Below are positions 10,535-18,819 of a stretch of 64,000 bases of DNA, in pieces. The position numbers were made by a program, and so were the translations under genes. The notes beneath the pieces are model-generated. The model was not told the DNA's origin and ran no database searches. It worked only from the letters and a program-made list of their open reading frames with translations. Position 1 is the first letter of the stretch; every line of letters begins with the position of its first letter. Where the stretch lies: positions 370,947 through 434,946 of the forward strand of contig NZ_JBIYZW010000001.1 in the NCBI RefSeq assembly GCF_044628455.1, in the 5' to 3' direction. This DNA comes from Hymenobacter sp. B81. Its GTDB lineage: Bacteria > Bacteroidota > Bacteroidia > Cytophagales > Hymenobacteraceae.

Positions 10535-11932
10535 ATGAACCGATTTTTTCCCGCCGCGCTGCTGCTGGCGCTGCTGACCGGCTTTTTCCAGCTCGCACGG
10601 GCCCAGAAGTCGGCCCGCTCACCGGCCTACCCCGACCCGCAGCAGTACGGTAAGCCGTTTGCGGGCGTGCCCGACGCGCCCGACGCGGCCATTTACCAGG
10701 TCAACCTGCGCGGCTTCAGCCAGCAGGGTACCTTCGCCGCCGTCACGGCCCGGCTCGACTCCATCCGGGCCCTGGGCGTGAACGTGCTGTACCTGATGCC
10801 GATTTACCCCATTGGCCGGGAAAAAGCCGTGGATTCGCCCTTTGCCGTGCGCGACTACACGGCCGTAAACCCCGAGTTCGGTACCCTGCAGGACCTGCGC
10901 ACCCTGGTCGACGCCGCGCACGCGCGGGGCCTGGCCGTGATGCTGGACTGGGTGGGCAACCACACCAGCTGGGACCACCCCTGGATCAAGCAGCACCCCG
11001 ACTGGTACGTGCGCGACGCCCAGGGCCAGATTGTGAATCCCATTCCGGAGTGGAAGGACATTGCCCAGCTCAACTTTGCGAGTGCGCCCATGCGGGCGGA
11101 AATGATTGCGGCCATGCGCTACTGGGTGTTTCAGGCCAACATCGACGGCTACCGCTTCGACTACGCCGACGGCCCCAGCTACGAGTTCTTCACCGAAGCC
11201 CTGGGCAGCCTCAAGTCCATCCGCACGCACAAATTGCTGCTGCTGGCCGAGGGCGACAAGAAAAAGCACTACTTCCGGGCCGGCTTCCCGCTTTGCTACG
11301 ACTTCGGCTTTATCAACCTGCTCAAGCACGACATTTTTGCCGGCGGCAAAAGCGTGCAGCTGCTCGACTCGCTCAACGCCGCCGTGTACCGCGACGCCCC
11401 GCCCGCGGCCCGCATGCTGCGCTACACCTCCAACCACGACGTCAACGCCTGGGAGGGCGTGCCGCAAACGCTGTTTGGCAACCAGCGCGGCGCCATGGCC
11501 GCCTTCGTGGTGGCCGCCTACATGCGCGCCGTGCCTTTGATTTACAACGGCCAGGAAGTGGGCCACGCCGAGCGCGTGCCGTTTATGGGGCCGCGCCGGC
11601 CCATCGACTGGACGCCCAACCCGGCGCTGACCGCGGAGTACCAGCGGCTGATCGGGCTGCGCAACCGCAGCGCGGCCCTGCGCCGGGGCCAGCTCCGTAC
11701 CTACAGCAGCGCCGACGTGTGCGCCTTTACCAACGTGCGGGGCCGCGAGCAGGTGCTCACGCTGGTGAACCTGCGCAACCAACCCGTAACCTACCCGGTG
11801 CCCGCGGCCCTCGCGGCCACGGCCTGGCGCGACGCCTTTAGTGGCCAGCCCGCGGCCTTGCCGGGCCAGCTCACGCTGCAGCCCTACCAGTACCTGATTC
11901 TGCACCACCAGCCGGGAGCAGCCGGCCAATAA
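10535..11932 (+). CDS. GH13 alpha-amylase-family glycoside hydrolase (secreted)
   Basis: Signal peptide; GH13 regions (VNVLYLMPIYP, GLAVMLDWVGNHTS, GYRFDYADG, LLLLAEG, RYTSNHD). ATG at 10535. Confidence 0.9.
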   Translation: MNRFFPAALLLALLTGFFQLARAQKSARSPAYPDPQQYGKPFAGVPDAPDAAIYQVNLRGFSQQGTFAAVTARLDSIRALGVNVLYLMPIYPIGREKAVDSPFAVRDYTAVNPEFGTLQDLRTLVDAAHARGLAVMLDWVGNHTSWDHPWIKQHPDWYVRDAQGQIVNPIPEWKDIAQLNFASAPMRAEMIAAMRYWVFQANIDGYRFDYADGPSYEFFTEALGSLKSIRTHKLLLLAEGDKKKHYFRAGFPLCYDFGFINLLKHDIFAGGKSVQLLDSLNAAVYRDAPPAARMLRYTSNHDVNAWEGVPQTLFGNQRGAMAAFVVAAYMRAVPLIYNGQEVGHAERVPFMGPRRPIDWTPNPALTAEYQRLIGLRNRSAALRRGQLRTYSSADVCAFTNVRGREQVLTLVNLRNQPVTYPVPAALAATAWRDAFSGQPAALPGQLTLQPYQYLILHHQPGAAGQ

Positions 11933-11981
11933 CCTTTCCGGTAGGCGCGCCCGTTTGCAAAGCCAGCCCTTACTTCGCTTG

Positions 11982-14096
11982 ATGAAACAGTTGATGTTGC
12001 TTGTGCTGCTGCTCGGCAGCTGGCGCGCGGGGGCGCAGCAGGCCCCGGCCCTGACGGCCCGGCTCGGGGCCGTGAGTTTGACCTTTGCCCTGGGGCCCGA
12101 CGGCCGGCCCAACTACCGCGTGCAGCACGGCACGCGCCCGGTGGTCAATACCTCGCGCCTGGGCGTGGCGCTGGCCGACGGGCAGGGCTTCGACGGCCCG
12201 CTGGAGCTGGTGGACAGCGAAATCAAGAACGTGGACGAAACCTGGCAGCCGGTGTGGGGCGAGGAAAAGCAGATTCGCAACCACTACCAGCAGCTCACCG
12301 TGCGCCTGCGCCAGCCCGCCGCCCACGGCCGCCGGCTCGACGTGGTGTTCCGCGTGTTTGCCGACGGCGTGGGCTTCCGCTACGAGTGGCCCGCCCAACC
12401 CCGGCTGCAGTACTTCACCGTGACCGACGAGCTGACCGAGTTCAACCTGCCGGCCAACCACCAAGCCTTCTGGATTCCCGGCGACTACGACTCCAACGAG
12501 TACGTCTACCAGACCACGCGGCTGAGCGCGGTGAACACCACGGCCATTACGCCCATTCAGCGCAAGGCCGCGCCCACCACCGTGCAAACGCCGCTGCTGC
12601 TCAAGTCCGACGACGGCCTGTACGTGAGTTTGCACGAGGCGGCCCTGCTCAACTACCCGGCCCTGATGCTGCAGGTGAACCCGCAGACCTTCGGCCTGAG
12701 CGCCCACCTGGTGCCCGACGCCGTGGGCAACAAAGCCTACCTGCAGGCCCCCGAGCACACGCCCTGGCGCACCATCGTGGTCAGCGACAAAGCCCCCGAG
12801 CTGCTGGCCTCGCGGCTGATTCTGAATTTGAACGAGCCCAGCAAAATCGCCGACCCCAGTTGGATCAAGCCGCACAAGTTTGTGGGCGTGTGGTGGGAAA
12901 TGCACGTGAACCGCGCCTCCTGGAACTACGCCGACTCGAGCAACCTCAAGCTGGCCGGCACCAACTGGCAGGGCCTGAAGCCCAACGGCCGCCACGGCGC
13001 CAATACCCGGAACGTGAAGCGCTACATCGACTTTGCCGCCCGCCACGGCATCGAGGGCGTGCTGGTGGAGGGCTGGAACGTGGGCTGGGAAGACTGGGCC
13101 GGCAACTGGAAGGAAGAGGTGTTCGACTTCGTGACGCCCTACCCGGATTTCAGCGTGACGGAGCTGCAGCAGTACGCGGCCGCCCGGAACGTCCAGCTCA
13201 TCATGCACCACGAAACTTCGGGGGCGGTGACCAACTACGAGCGCCGCCTCGACCAGGCCCTGGGCTTCATGCAGCAGCACGGCTACGCGGCGGTGAAAAC
13301 CGGCTACGTGGGCCGCATCATTCCCCGCGGCGAGTTTCACGACGGGCAGTGGATGGTGAACCACTACACCCGCACGGCCGAGCAGATGGCCCGGCGCCGC
13401 ATCATGGTGGACATGCACGAGGCCGTGCGCCCCACCGGCCTGCACCGCACCTACCCCAACTGGCTGGCCTCGGAGGCGGCCCGCGGCAACGAGTTCAACG
13501 CCTGGAGCGAGGGCAACCCGCCCGAGCACGAAACCATTCTGCCCTTCACCCGCCTGATGGGCGGCCCCATGGACTACACGCCCGGCATTTTCCGGATCAA
13601 GCTCGAAAGCTGGAACCCGGCGCGCAACCAGGGCAAGCAGGTGCACACCACCCTGGCCAAGCAGCTGGCTTTGTACGTGACGCTGTACTCGCCCCTGCAG
13701 ATGGCCGCCGACCTGCCCGAAGCCTACGAAAAGCACCTCGACGCCTTCCAGTTCATCAAGGACGTGGCCGTGGACTGGGACGAGACGCGCATCGTGGCCG
13801 CCGAGCCCGGCGACTACGTTACCATTGCCCGCCGCGCCAAGGGCCGCAACGAGTGGTTTGTGGGCGCCATTACCGACGAGCAGGCCCGCCGCCAGCCGCT
13901 GAAGCTGGATTTCCTCTCGCCCGGCACCCAGTACCTGGCCACCATCTACGCCGACGGCAAGGATGCCCACTGGCAGCAGAACCCCGAAAGCTACCGCATC
14001 CGGCAGCAGAAGGTCGACCACCGCTCGGTGCTGAACCTGCAGCTGGCGCCCGGCGGCGGGGCGGCCATAAGCATCAAACCCATTTCCGCGCGCTGA
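11982..14096 (+). CDS. GH97 alpha-glucosidase (SusB-like)
   Basis: ~700 aa with signal peptide and GH97-like blocks (IDFAARHGIEGVLVEGWNVGWEDW, HHETSGAV). Placed between amylases in the PUL. ATG at 11982; the track ORF begins at an upstream TTG (11955). Confidence 0.8.
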   Translation: MKQLMLLVLLLGSWRAGAQQAPALTARLGAVSLTFALGPDGRPNYRVQHGTRPVVNTSRLGVALADGQGFDGPLELVDSEIKNVDETWQPVWGEEKQIRNHYQQLTVRLRQPAAHGRRLDVVFRVFADGVGFRYEWPAQPRLQYFTVTDELTEFNLPANHQAFWIPGDYDSNEYVYQTTRLSAVNTTAITPIQRKAAPTTVQTPLLLKSDDGLYVSLHEAALLNYPALMLQVNPQTFGLSAHLVPDAVGNKAYLQAPEHTPWRTIVVSDKAPELLASRLILNLNEPSKIADPSWIKPHKFVGVWWEMHVNRASWNYADSSNLKLAGTNWQGLKPNGRHGANTRNVKRYIDFAARHGIEGVLVEGWNVGWEDWAGNWKEEVFDFVTPYPDFSVTELQQYAAARNVQLIMHHETSGAVTNYERRLDQALGFMQQHGYAAVKTGYVGRIIPRGEFHDGQWMVNHYTRTAEQMARRRIMVDMHEAVRPTGLHRTYPNWLASEAARGNEFNAWSEGNPPEHETILPFTRLMGGPMDYTPGIFRIKLESWNPARNQGKQVHTTLAKQLALYVTLYSPLQMAADLPEAYEKHLDAFQFIKDVAVDWDETRIVAAEPGDYVTIARRAKGRNEWFVGAITDEQARRQPLKLDFLSPGTQYLATIYADGKDAHWQQNPESYRIRQQKVDHRSVLNLQLAPGGGAAISIKPISAR

Positions 14097-14234
14097 ACCG
14101 GCCGCCGCGCCTCATTTCCGGCGCCGCGGCCCGGGCACTGAACCCATTGGCCGCCGCCAGCCTTTAGCAACTGCCCGGCCACCAGCCGTTCGCGCCACTG
14201 TCCTTTTCGAATAACCAGTTCTTTTCTGTTTGCT

Positions 14235-15632
14235 ATGTCTTTTTTGGGTACTGTGCGCCTAACCAGCCTGTGCTGGGTGCTGCTGGCCGCGCTGCTGGCT
14301 TCCTGCGAAAAAGAGCGGCCGGTGGCCCCCACCTTGCCGCCCACCACTACCACGCCCGACCCGGCCCAGTACGGCACGCCCTTCGCCGGGGTGCCCGACC
14401 GCCAGGACGCGACCATTTACCAGGTCAATATGCGCGCCTTCAGCCAGCCGGGCAACTTTGCCGGCGTCACGGCCCGGCTCGACTCCATCAAGGCCCTGGG
14501 CGCGAACGTGGTGTACCTGATGCCGATTAATCCCATTGGGCAGCTGCGCGGGGTCAACTCGCCCTACGCCGTGAAGGATTACCGCGCCGTGAACCCCGAG
14601 TTTGGCACGCTGCAGGACCTGCGCACCCTGGTCGACGGGGCCCACGCGCGCGGCATGGCCGTGATGCTGGACTGGGTGGCCAACCACACCAGCTGGGACC
14701 ACGCCTGGATTACGGCCCACCCCGAGTGGTACCTGCGCGACGCGGGCGGCACCATTCTGAGCCCGCCCGGCACCAACTACACCGACGTAGCTCAACTGAA
14801 CTTCAGCAGCGCGCCCATGCGGGCGGAAATGATTGCGGCCATGAAGTCGTGGGTGTTTCAGGCCAACGTCGACGGTTTCCGCTTCGACTACAGCGACGCC
14901 CCGCCCGTGGACTTCTGGCGGCAGGCCGTGGACACGCTGCGGCGCATCCGCACCCACAAGCTGCTGCTGCTCTCCGAAGGCAGCCGCAGCGCCAATTTCG
15001 GCGCGGGCTTTGACTACAACTTCGGCTTCGGCTTCTACGACCAGCTCAAAAACGTGTACCGCAGCGGCGTCGCGGCCACGGCCTTCGACGCGCGCAATAC
15101 CAGCGAATACAGCGGCGCCACGGGCACCCAGATGGTGGTGCGCTACACCACCAACCACGACGTGAACAGCTCCGACGGCACCCCGGTGGCGCTGTTCGGC
15201 GGGCAGCAGGGCGCCTTGTCGGCCTTCGTCATTGCCGCCTGCTACAAGGGCGTACCCATGATTTACAACGGGCAGGAAGCCGGCATGACGGCGGCCATTC
15301 CGTTTCCCTTCACCACGGTAAAAGTCAGCTGGGACACGCGCCCCCTGGTCACGCAGGCCTACAAGCAGATTCTGGCGGCCCGGGCCGGTAGCACGGCCCT
15401 GCGCCGCGGCGCGCCTACCTCGTACAGCAGCGCCGACGTGTGCGCCTTCACCAAAACCGCCGGCGCCGAGCAGGCCCTGGTGCTGGTGAACGTGCGCGGC
15501 AACGCCCTGCAGTACACCGTGCCCCCGGCCCTGGATGGCAGCACCTGGACCGATGCCCTGCAGGGCGGCGCGGTTACGCTGGGCAGCCAAGTGGCGCTGC
15601 CGGCCTACGGCTACCGCATCCTGAAGCGCTAA
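14235..15632 (+). CDS. GH13 alpha-amylase-family lipoprotein, paralog of 10535..11932
   Basis: Lipobox LASC, then a sequence highly similar to the first amylase (PDPAQYGTPFAGVPD..., MAVMLDWVANHTS, GFRFDYSDA). Confidence 0.9.
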   Translation: MSFLGTVRLTSLCWVLLAALLASCEKERPVAPTLPPTTTTPDPAQYGTPFAGVPDRQDATIYQVNMRAFSQPGNFAGVTARLDSIKALGANVVYLMPINPIGQLRGVNSPYAVKDYRAVNPEFGTLQDLRTLVDGAHARGMAVMLDWVANHTSWDHAWITAHPEWYLRDAGGTILSPPGTNYTDVAQLNFSSAPMRAEMIAAMKSWVFQANVDGFRFDYSDAPPVDFWRQAVDTLRRIRTHKLLLLSEGSRSANFGAGFDYNFGFGFYDQLKNVYRSGVAATAFDARNTSEYSGATGTQMVVRYTTNHDVNSSDGTPVALFGGQQGALSAFVIAACYKGVPMIYNGQEAGMTAAIPFPFTTVKVSWDTRPLVTQAYKQILAARAGSTALRRGAPTSYSSADVCAFTKTAGAEQALVLVNVRGNALQYTVPPALDGSTWTDALQGGAVTLGSQVALPAYGYRILKR

Positions 15633-15738
15633 CGCCCGCTGCCGGTCGATTGCCTGCCGCCCCGCCGGGGCCTGGTTTCCCTACGGAAGCCGGGCTCGGG
15701 CGGGGCGGCCTGCTGACGGCAGGTCCCGGCTTGGCTGA

Positions 15739-18606
15739 TCAGAACAGGTCGTCCTTAAGCGGGGCGGTATAGGGCTGGGGCTGGGCGGTGGTTTTGGGCA
15801 GGCCGAAGAAAAAGTAGAGCGTGCGGGTGCGGGAGCCGCGCAGGTGGTTCGGCTCGCTGGTCGGCCCCAGGTTCTGGGGATTGGGGTCGATGTTGAGGGC
15901 CAGCTTGGTGCCCAGCGGGGGAATGGCGTCGAGAAACGAGAGGTTGCCCGCGGGCAGGGCCGGCGAAGGTTTCACGCCCGACAATCCGTAGAAGTCGAGC
16001 AGGCGCACGTAGAGGCCGGGGTTGGGCGTGGCCACCAGCAACTTACCCTCCACGGTGTTGAGCTCCAGCCAGCCAATGTCGGCGAAGTAACCCTTGAACT
16101 CGGGGTAAATCCAGGGCGCGGCGCCGGTCTGGGTGTTGTTGTAGGCGTTTTCCCACACGTTGGTCGTCACGCCCTGCAGGCGGTTTTTCCAGACGCGGTA
16201 CGGCCCTTTGCCCAGCCACTTGGCGCCCAGCACGTAGTTCTCAGGGTAGGTGAAGCTCAGCCCCGCGAAGGGTACGTCGCCGTCGATGGCGTAGGCGTAG
16301 TCGAGCTGCAGCCAGCCCGAGCCGTACATCTTCCAGCGCAGCCGCTGTAGCGCGCCCCGGTAACTCACTTCCACCACTTCCCCGTCGGGCTCCGAGCGGT
16401 GGGTGAGCTGGCTGAAGCGGGCCTCAGCGCCCACCAGCACCGGCCCCTGCCCAAACGAGAGCCGGTCGCCGTTGTTGCCCTTGAGCGCGCTGATCTGGCC
16501 GGTAGTCTTGCTGAAGGTGACCGTGATGTTGGCCGCCAGCAGCGTCAGCGTAGAGTCGGTTTCGGTTGTGGTGACGGCCCCCGCCGGCTGCAGGTCGACC
16601 AGGCCGGCCGGCAGCCCCGCGCCTCGCGTTGGCCAGCTCCACTTGTACACCAGGTTTTTCTGCGGGTCGTAGGCCGAGAGCAGCAGCGCGTCGTAGCGCT
16701 GCCAGTCCTTGGGCAGTCCGAGCTGCAGGCGGCCGGTGGCCAGCGGGGCCACGCGGGGACTGGCCACCCGGCTTTTCTGCCGGGTCACGTAGCCGCTCAG
16801 CGTCTCGCCGGGCCGGCGGAAATCCACCAGCTCCCACTGAAAAAAGCACTGGCTGAGGTTGGTGAAGTGGTAGCGGTTCTCGACTTCGAGCACTCCCTTG
16901 AAGCCGGCCGGCAGCAAAGCTTGGACAATGCGGATGGGGGAGAAGATTTCCCGGATGGCGTAGAAGCTGCCTTCTTTTTCGCGGTGCGGCCCCAGCACGC
17001 CGTCGGGCGCGTTCACGCCGTTCACGTCGATGATGCCGCGCTGGTCGGTGCGCACCAGGCCCTCGTCGACCAGGGCCCACAGAAAGCCGCCGCCCGAGCG
17101 CGGGGCTTGCCAGTGCAGCTCCCAGAGGTCGGCCAGGCCCGCGCCCCCGCCGCCATCGTCCTGGCAGTGCAGAAACTCGGTGGGCATGTAAATCAGCGAG
17201 TCGGCCAGCAGCTTCTGGGTGCTGTAGTAGTCCTCGTAGTGGTTGGTGTCGATGCCATTGTGCTGCTTGCCGGGCCGGTGGTGGGCGTGAATCACGGGCC
17301 GCCGCGACAAATCGTAGCGGTGAAAGTGTGCGTCCAGCTCCTGGTTGGTGCCGCCCTCATTACCGTTGCTCCAGAACAAAATGCTGGGGTGGTTGGCGTC
17401 GCGGCGCACCATCTCGCGCACCAGCGGCGCCCCGGCCCGGGTCGAGTAGGCCTTCTGCCAGCCGGCTAGCTCGTCGAGCACGTACAGGCCCAGCGAGTCG
17501 CACAGCTCCAGGAAGCGTTGGTCGGGCGGGTAGTGGGCCATGCGCACCGCGTTCAGGTTCATCTCCTTGATGAGGCGCACGTCGGCCAGGTGAACGGAGT
17601 CGTTGAGGGTGCGGCCGGTTTCGGGCCACCAGCTGTGGCGGTTGATGCCCTTGAGCTTGACCTGGGTGCCGTTGACGAAGATTCCCCGGCCGCGGCGGAT
17701 TTCGATGGTGCGGAAGCCAAACCGCTCGGTGGTCTGGTACAGCGGCTGGCCGCCGGCCAGCAGGCGCACGCGCACGCGGTACAGCTGCGGGGTTTCGGCG
17801 GTCCACAGCCGGGGCTGGCGCACGGTGGTGTGCACCCGCACCAGCGAGTCGCCGGGCTGGGCGGTGCCGCGGGCCGTGCCCACCACCTGCCCGACTGCGT
17901 CCACGATATCGGCCTGCACCTGGGTGGATTGCTGCAGGCCCTGCACGAATACGTTCATAGCAAACGAGCCGTCGGCGCGGGCGTCGATGCTGGTGCGCGG
18001 GCTGAACTGCCGCGGGTAGGCCGCCAAATACACCGGCCGGAAGATGCCGCCGAACACCCAGTAGTCGGCCAGCCGCTCGGCGTTGTTTACCGAGGCATCG
18101 GCCGACATCTTGCTGACCGTGACTTCGAGCAGGTTGGCCTGCCCGGCGGGCTTGAGCTTGTCGGTGATGTCGTACTGAAACTGGTAGAAGGCGCCCTGGT
18201 GAATGGCTCCGGCCGACTGCCCGTTGATGCGGACCTCGGTATCGGTCATCGAGCCTTCGAAGACGATAAACACCCGCCGGTCCCGCCAGTCGGCGGGCAC
18301 GCGAAACTCGTGGCGGTAGCGGCCCTGCTCGTCGGCGAAGCGGAAGTTCTTGCCGTAGGTTTTGTAGTCGCGGCCGTAGTTGTAGGCGCCAAAGCCCTGC
18401 TGCTCCCAGCATGAGGGCACCTGAATGGTGGTCCAGGCCCCGCTGCGGCGGCCCCCGGTGCAGAAGAAGTCCCAGGTGGCGGGGTGGCGGCTGTCGCGGC
18501 CCGAGAGGTACTGCACCTGTTTGGTGGGAGCGGGGGGCTGGGCGGCGGCCGCGGCCGCCTGCACCAGCAGCCAGACCAGCAGCCAGCGGAAAGCAGAAGC
18601 AGCCAT
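15739..18606 (-). CDS. Glycoside hydrolase family 2 (beta-galactosidase/beta-mannosidase-like), secreted
   Basis: Signal peptide MAASAFRWLLVWLLVQAAAAAAQ; GH2 sugar-binding and TIM-barrel motifs (NAVRMAHYPPDQRFLELCDSLGLYVLDE, WSNGNEGG). ATG at 18604-18606 inside the longer track ORF. Confidence 0.85.
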   Translation of the reverse strand: MAASAFRWLLVWLLVQAAAAAAQPPAPTKQVQYLSGRDSRHPATWDFFCTGGRRSGAWTTIQVPSCWEQQGFGAYNYGRDYKTYGKNFRFADEQGRYRHEFRVPADWRDRRVFIVFEGSMTDTEVRINGQSAGAIHQGAFYQFQYDITDKLKPAGQANLLEVTVSKMSADASVNNAERLADYWVFGGIFRPVYLAAYPRQFSPRTSIDARADGSFAMNVFVQGLQQSTQVQADIVDAVGQVVGTARGTAQPGDSLVRVHTTVRQPRLWTAETPQLYRVRVRLLAGGQPLYQTTERFGFRTIEIRRGRGIFVNGTQVKLKGINRHSWWPETGRTLNDSVHLADVRLIKEMNLNAVRMAHYPPDQRFLELCDSLGLYVLDELAGWQKAYSTRAGAPLVREMVRRDANHPSILFWSNGNEGGTNQELDAHFHRYDLSRRPVIHAHHRPGKQHNGIDTNHYEDYYSTQKLLADSLIYMPTEFLHCQDDGGGGAGLADLWELHWQAPRSGGGFLWALVDEGLVRTDQRGIIDVNGVNAPDGVLGPHREKEGSFYAIREIFSPIRIVQALLPAGFKGVLEVENRYHFTNLSQCFFQWELVDFRRPGETLSGYVTRQKSRVASPRVAPLATGRLQLGLPKDWQRYDALLLSAYDPQKNLVYKWSWPTRGAGLPAGLVDLQPAGAVTTTETDSTLTLLAANITVTFSKTTGQISALKGNNGDRLSFGQGPVLVGAEARFSQLTHRSEPDGEVVEVSYRGALQRLRWKMYGSGWLQLDYAYAIDGDVPFAGLSFTYPENYVLGAKWLGKGPYRVWKNRLQGVTTNVWENAYNNTQTGAAPWIYPEFKGYFADIGWLELNTVEGKLLVATPNPGLYVRLLDFYGLSGVKPSPALPAGNLSFLDAIPPLGTKLALNIDPNPQNLGPTSEPNHLRGSRTRTLYFFFGLPKTTAQPQPYTAPLKDDLF

Positions 18607-18819
18607 GGGCAGAAGAAAGAAAAAGGCGTGAAGGCCGCGGCAACTTAGCCTTCCCCCGCGCCCGGAGCGCCCTGTAGTGTCCTGCCGGCCGCGAAAATTT
18701 CGGCGCGGCCCCCGGCGGCGCCCGGCCCGCCGGTCCTGGTTTTTTTCGGCGGGCAACCAACAAGCGCGCCGGCCGCGAGTTACCTTTGAACCTTGGCTTT
18801 CAGCCCCAAGGGCTTCAAC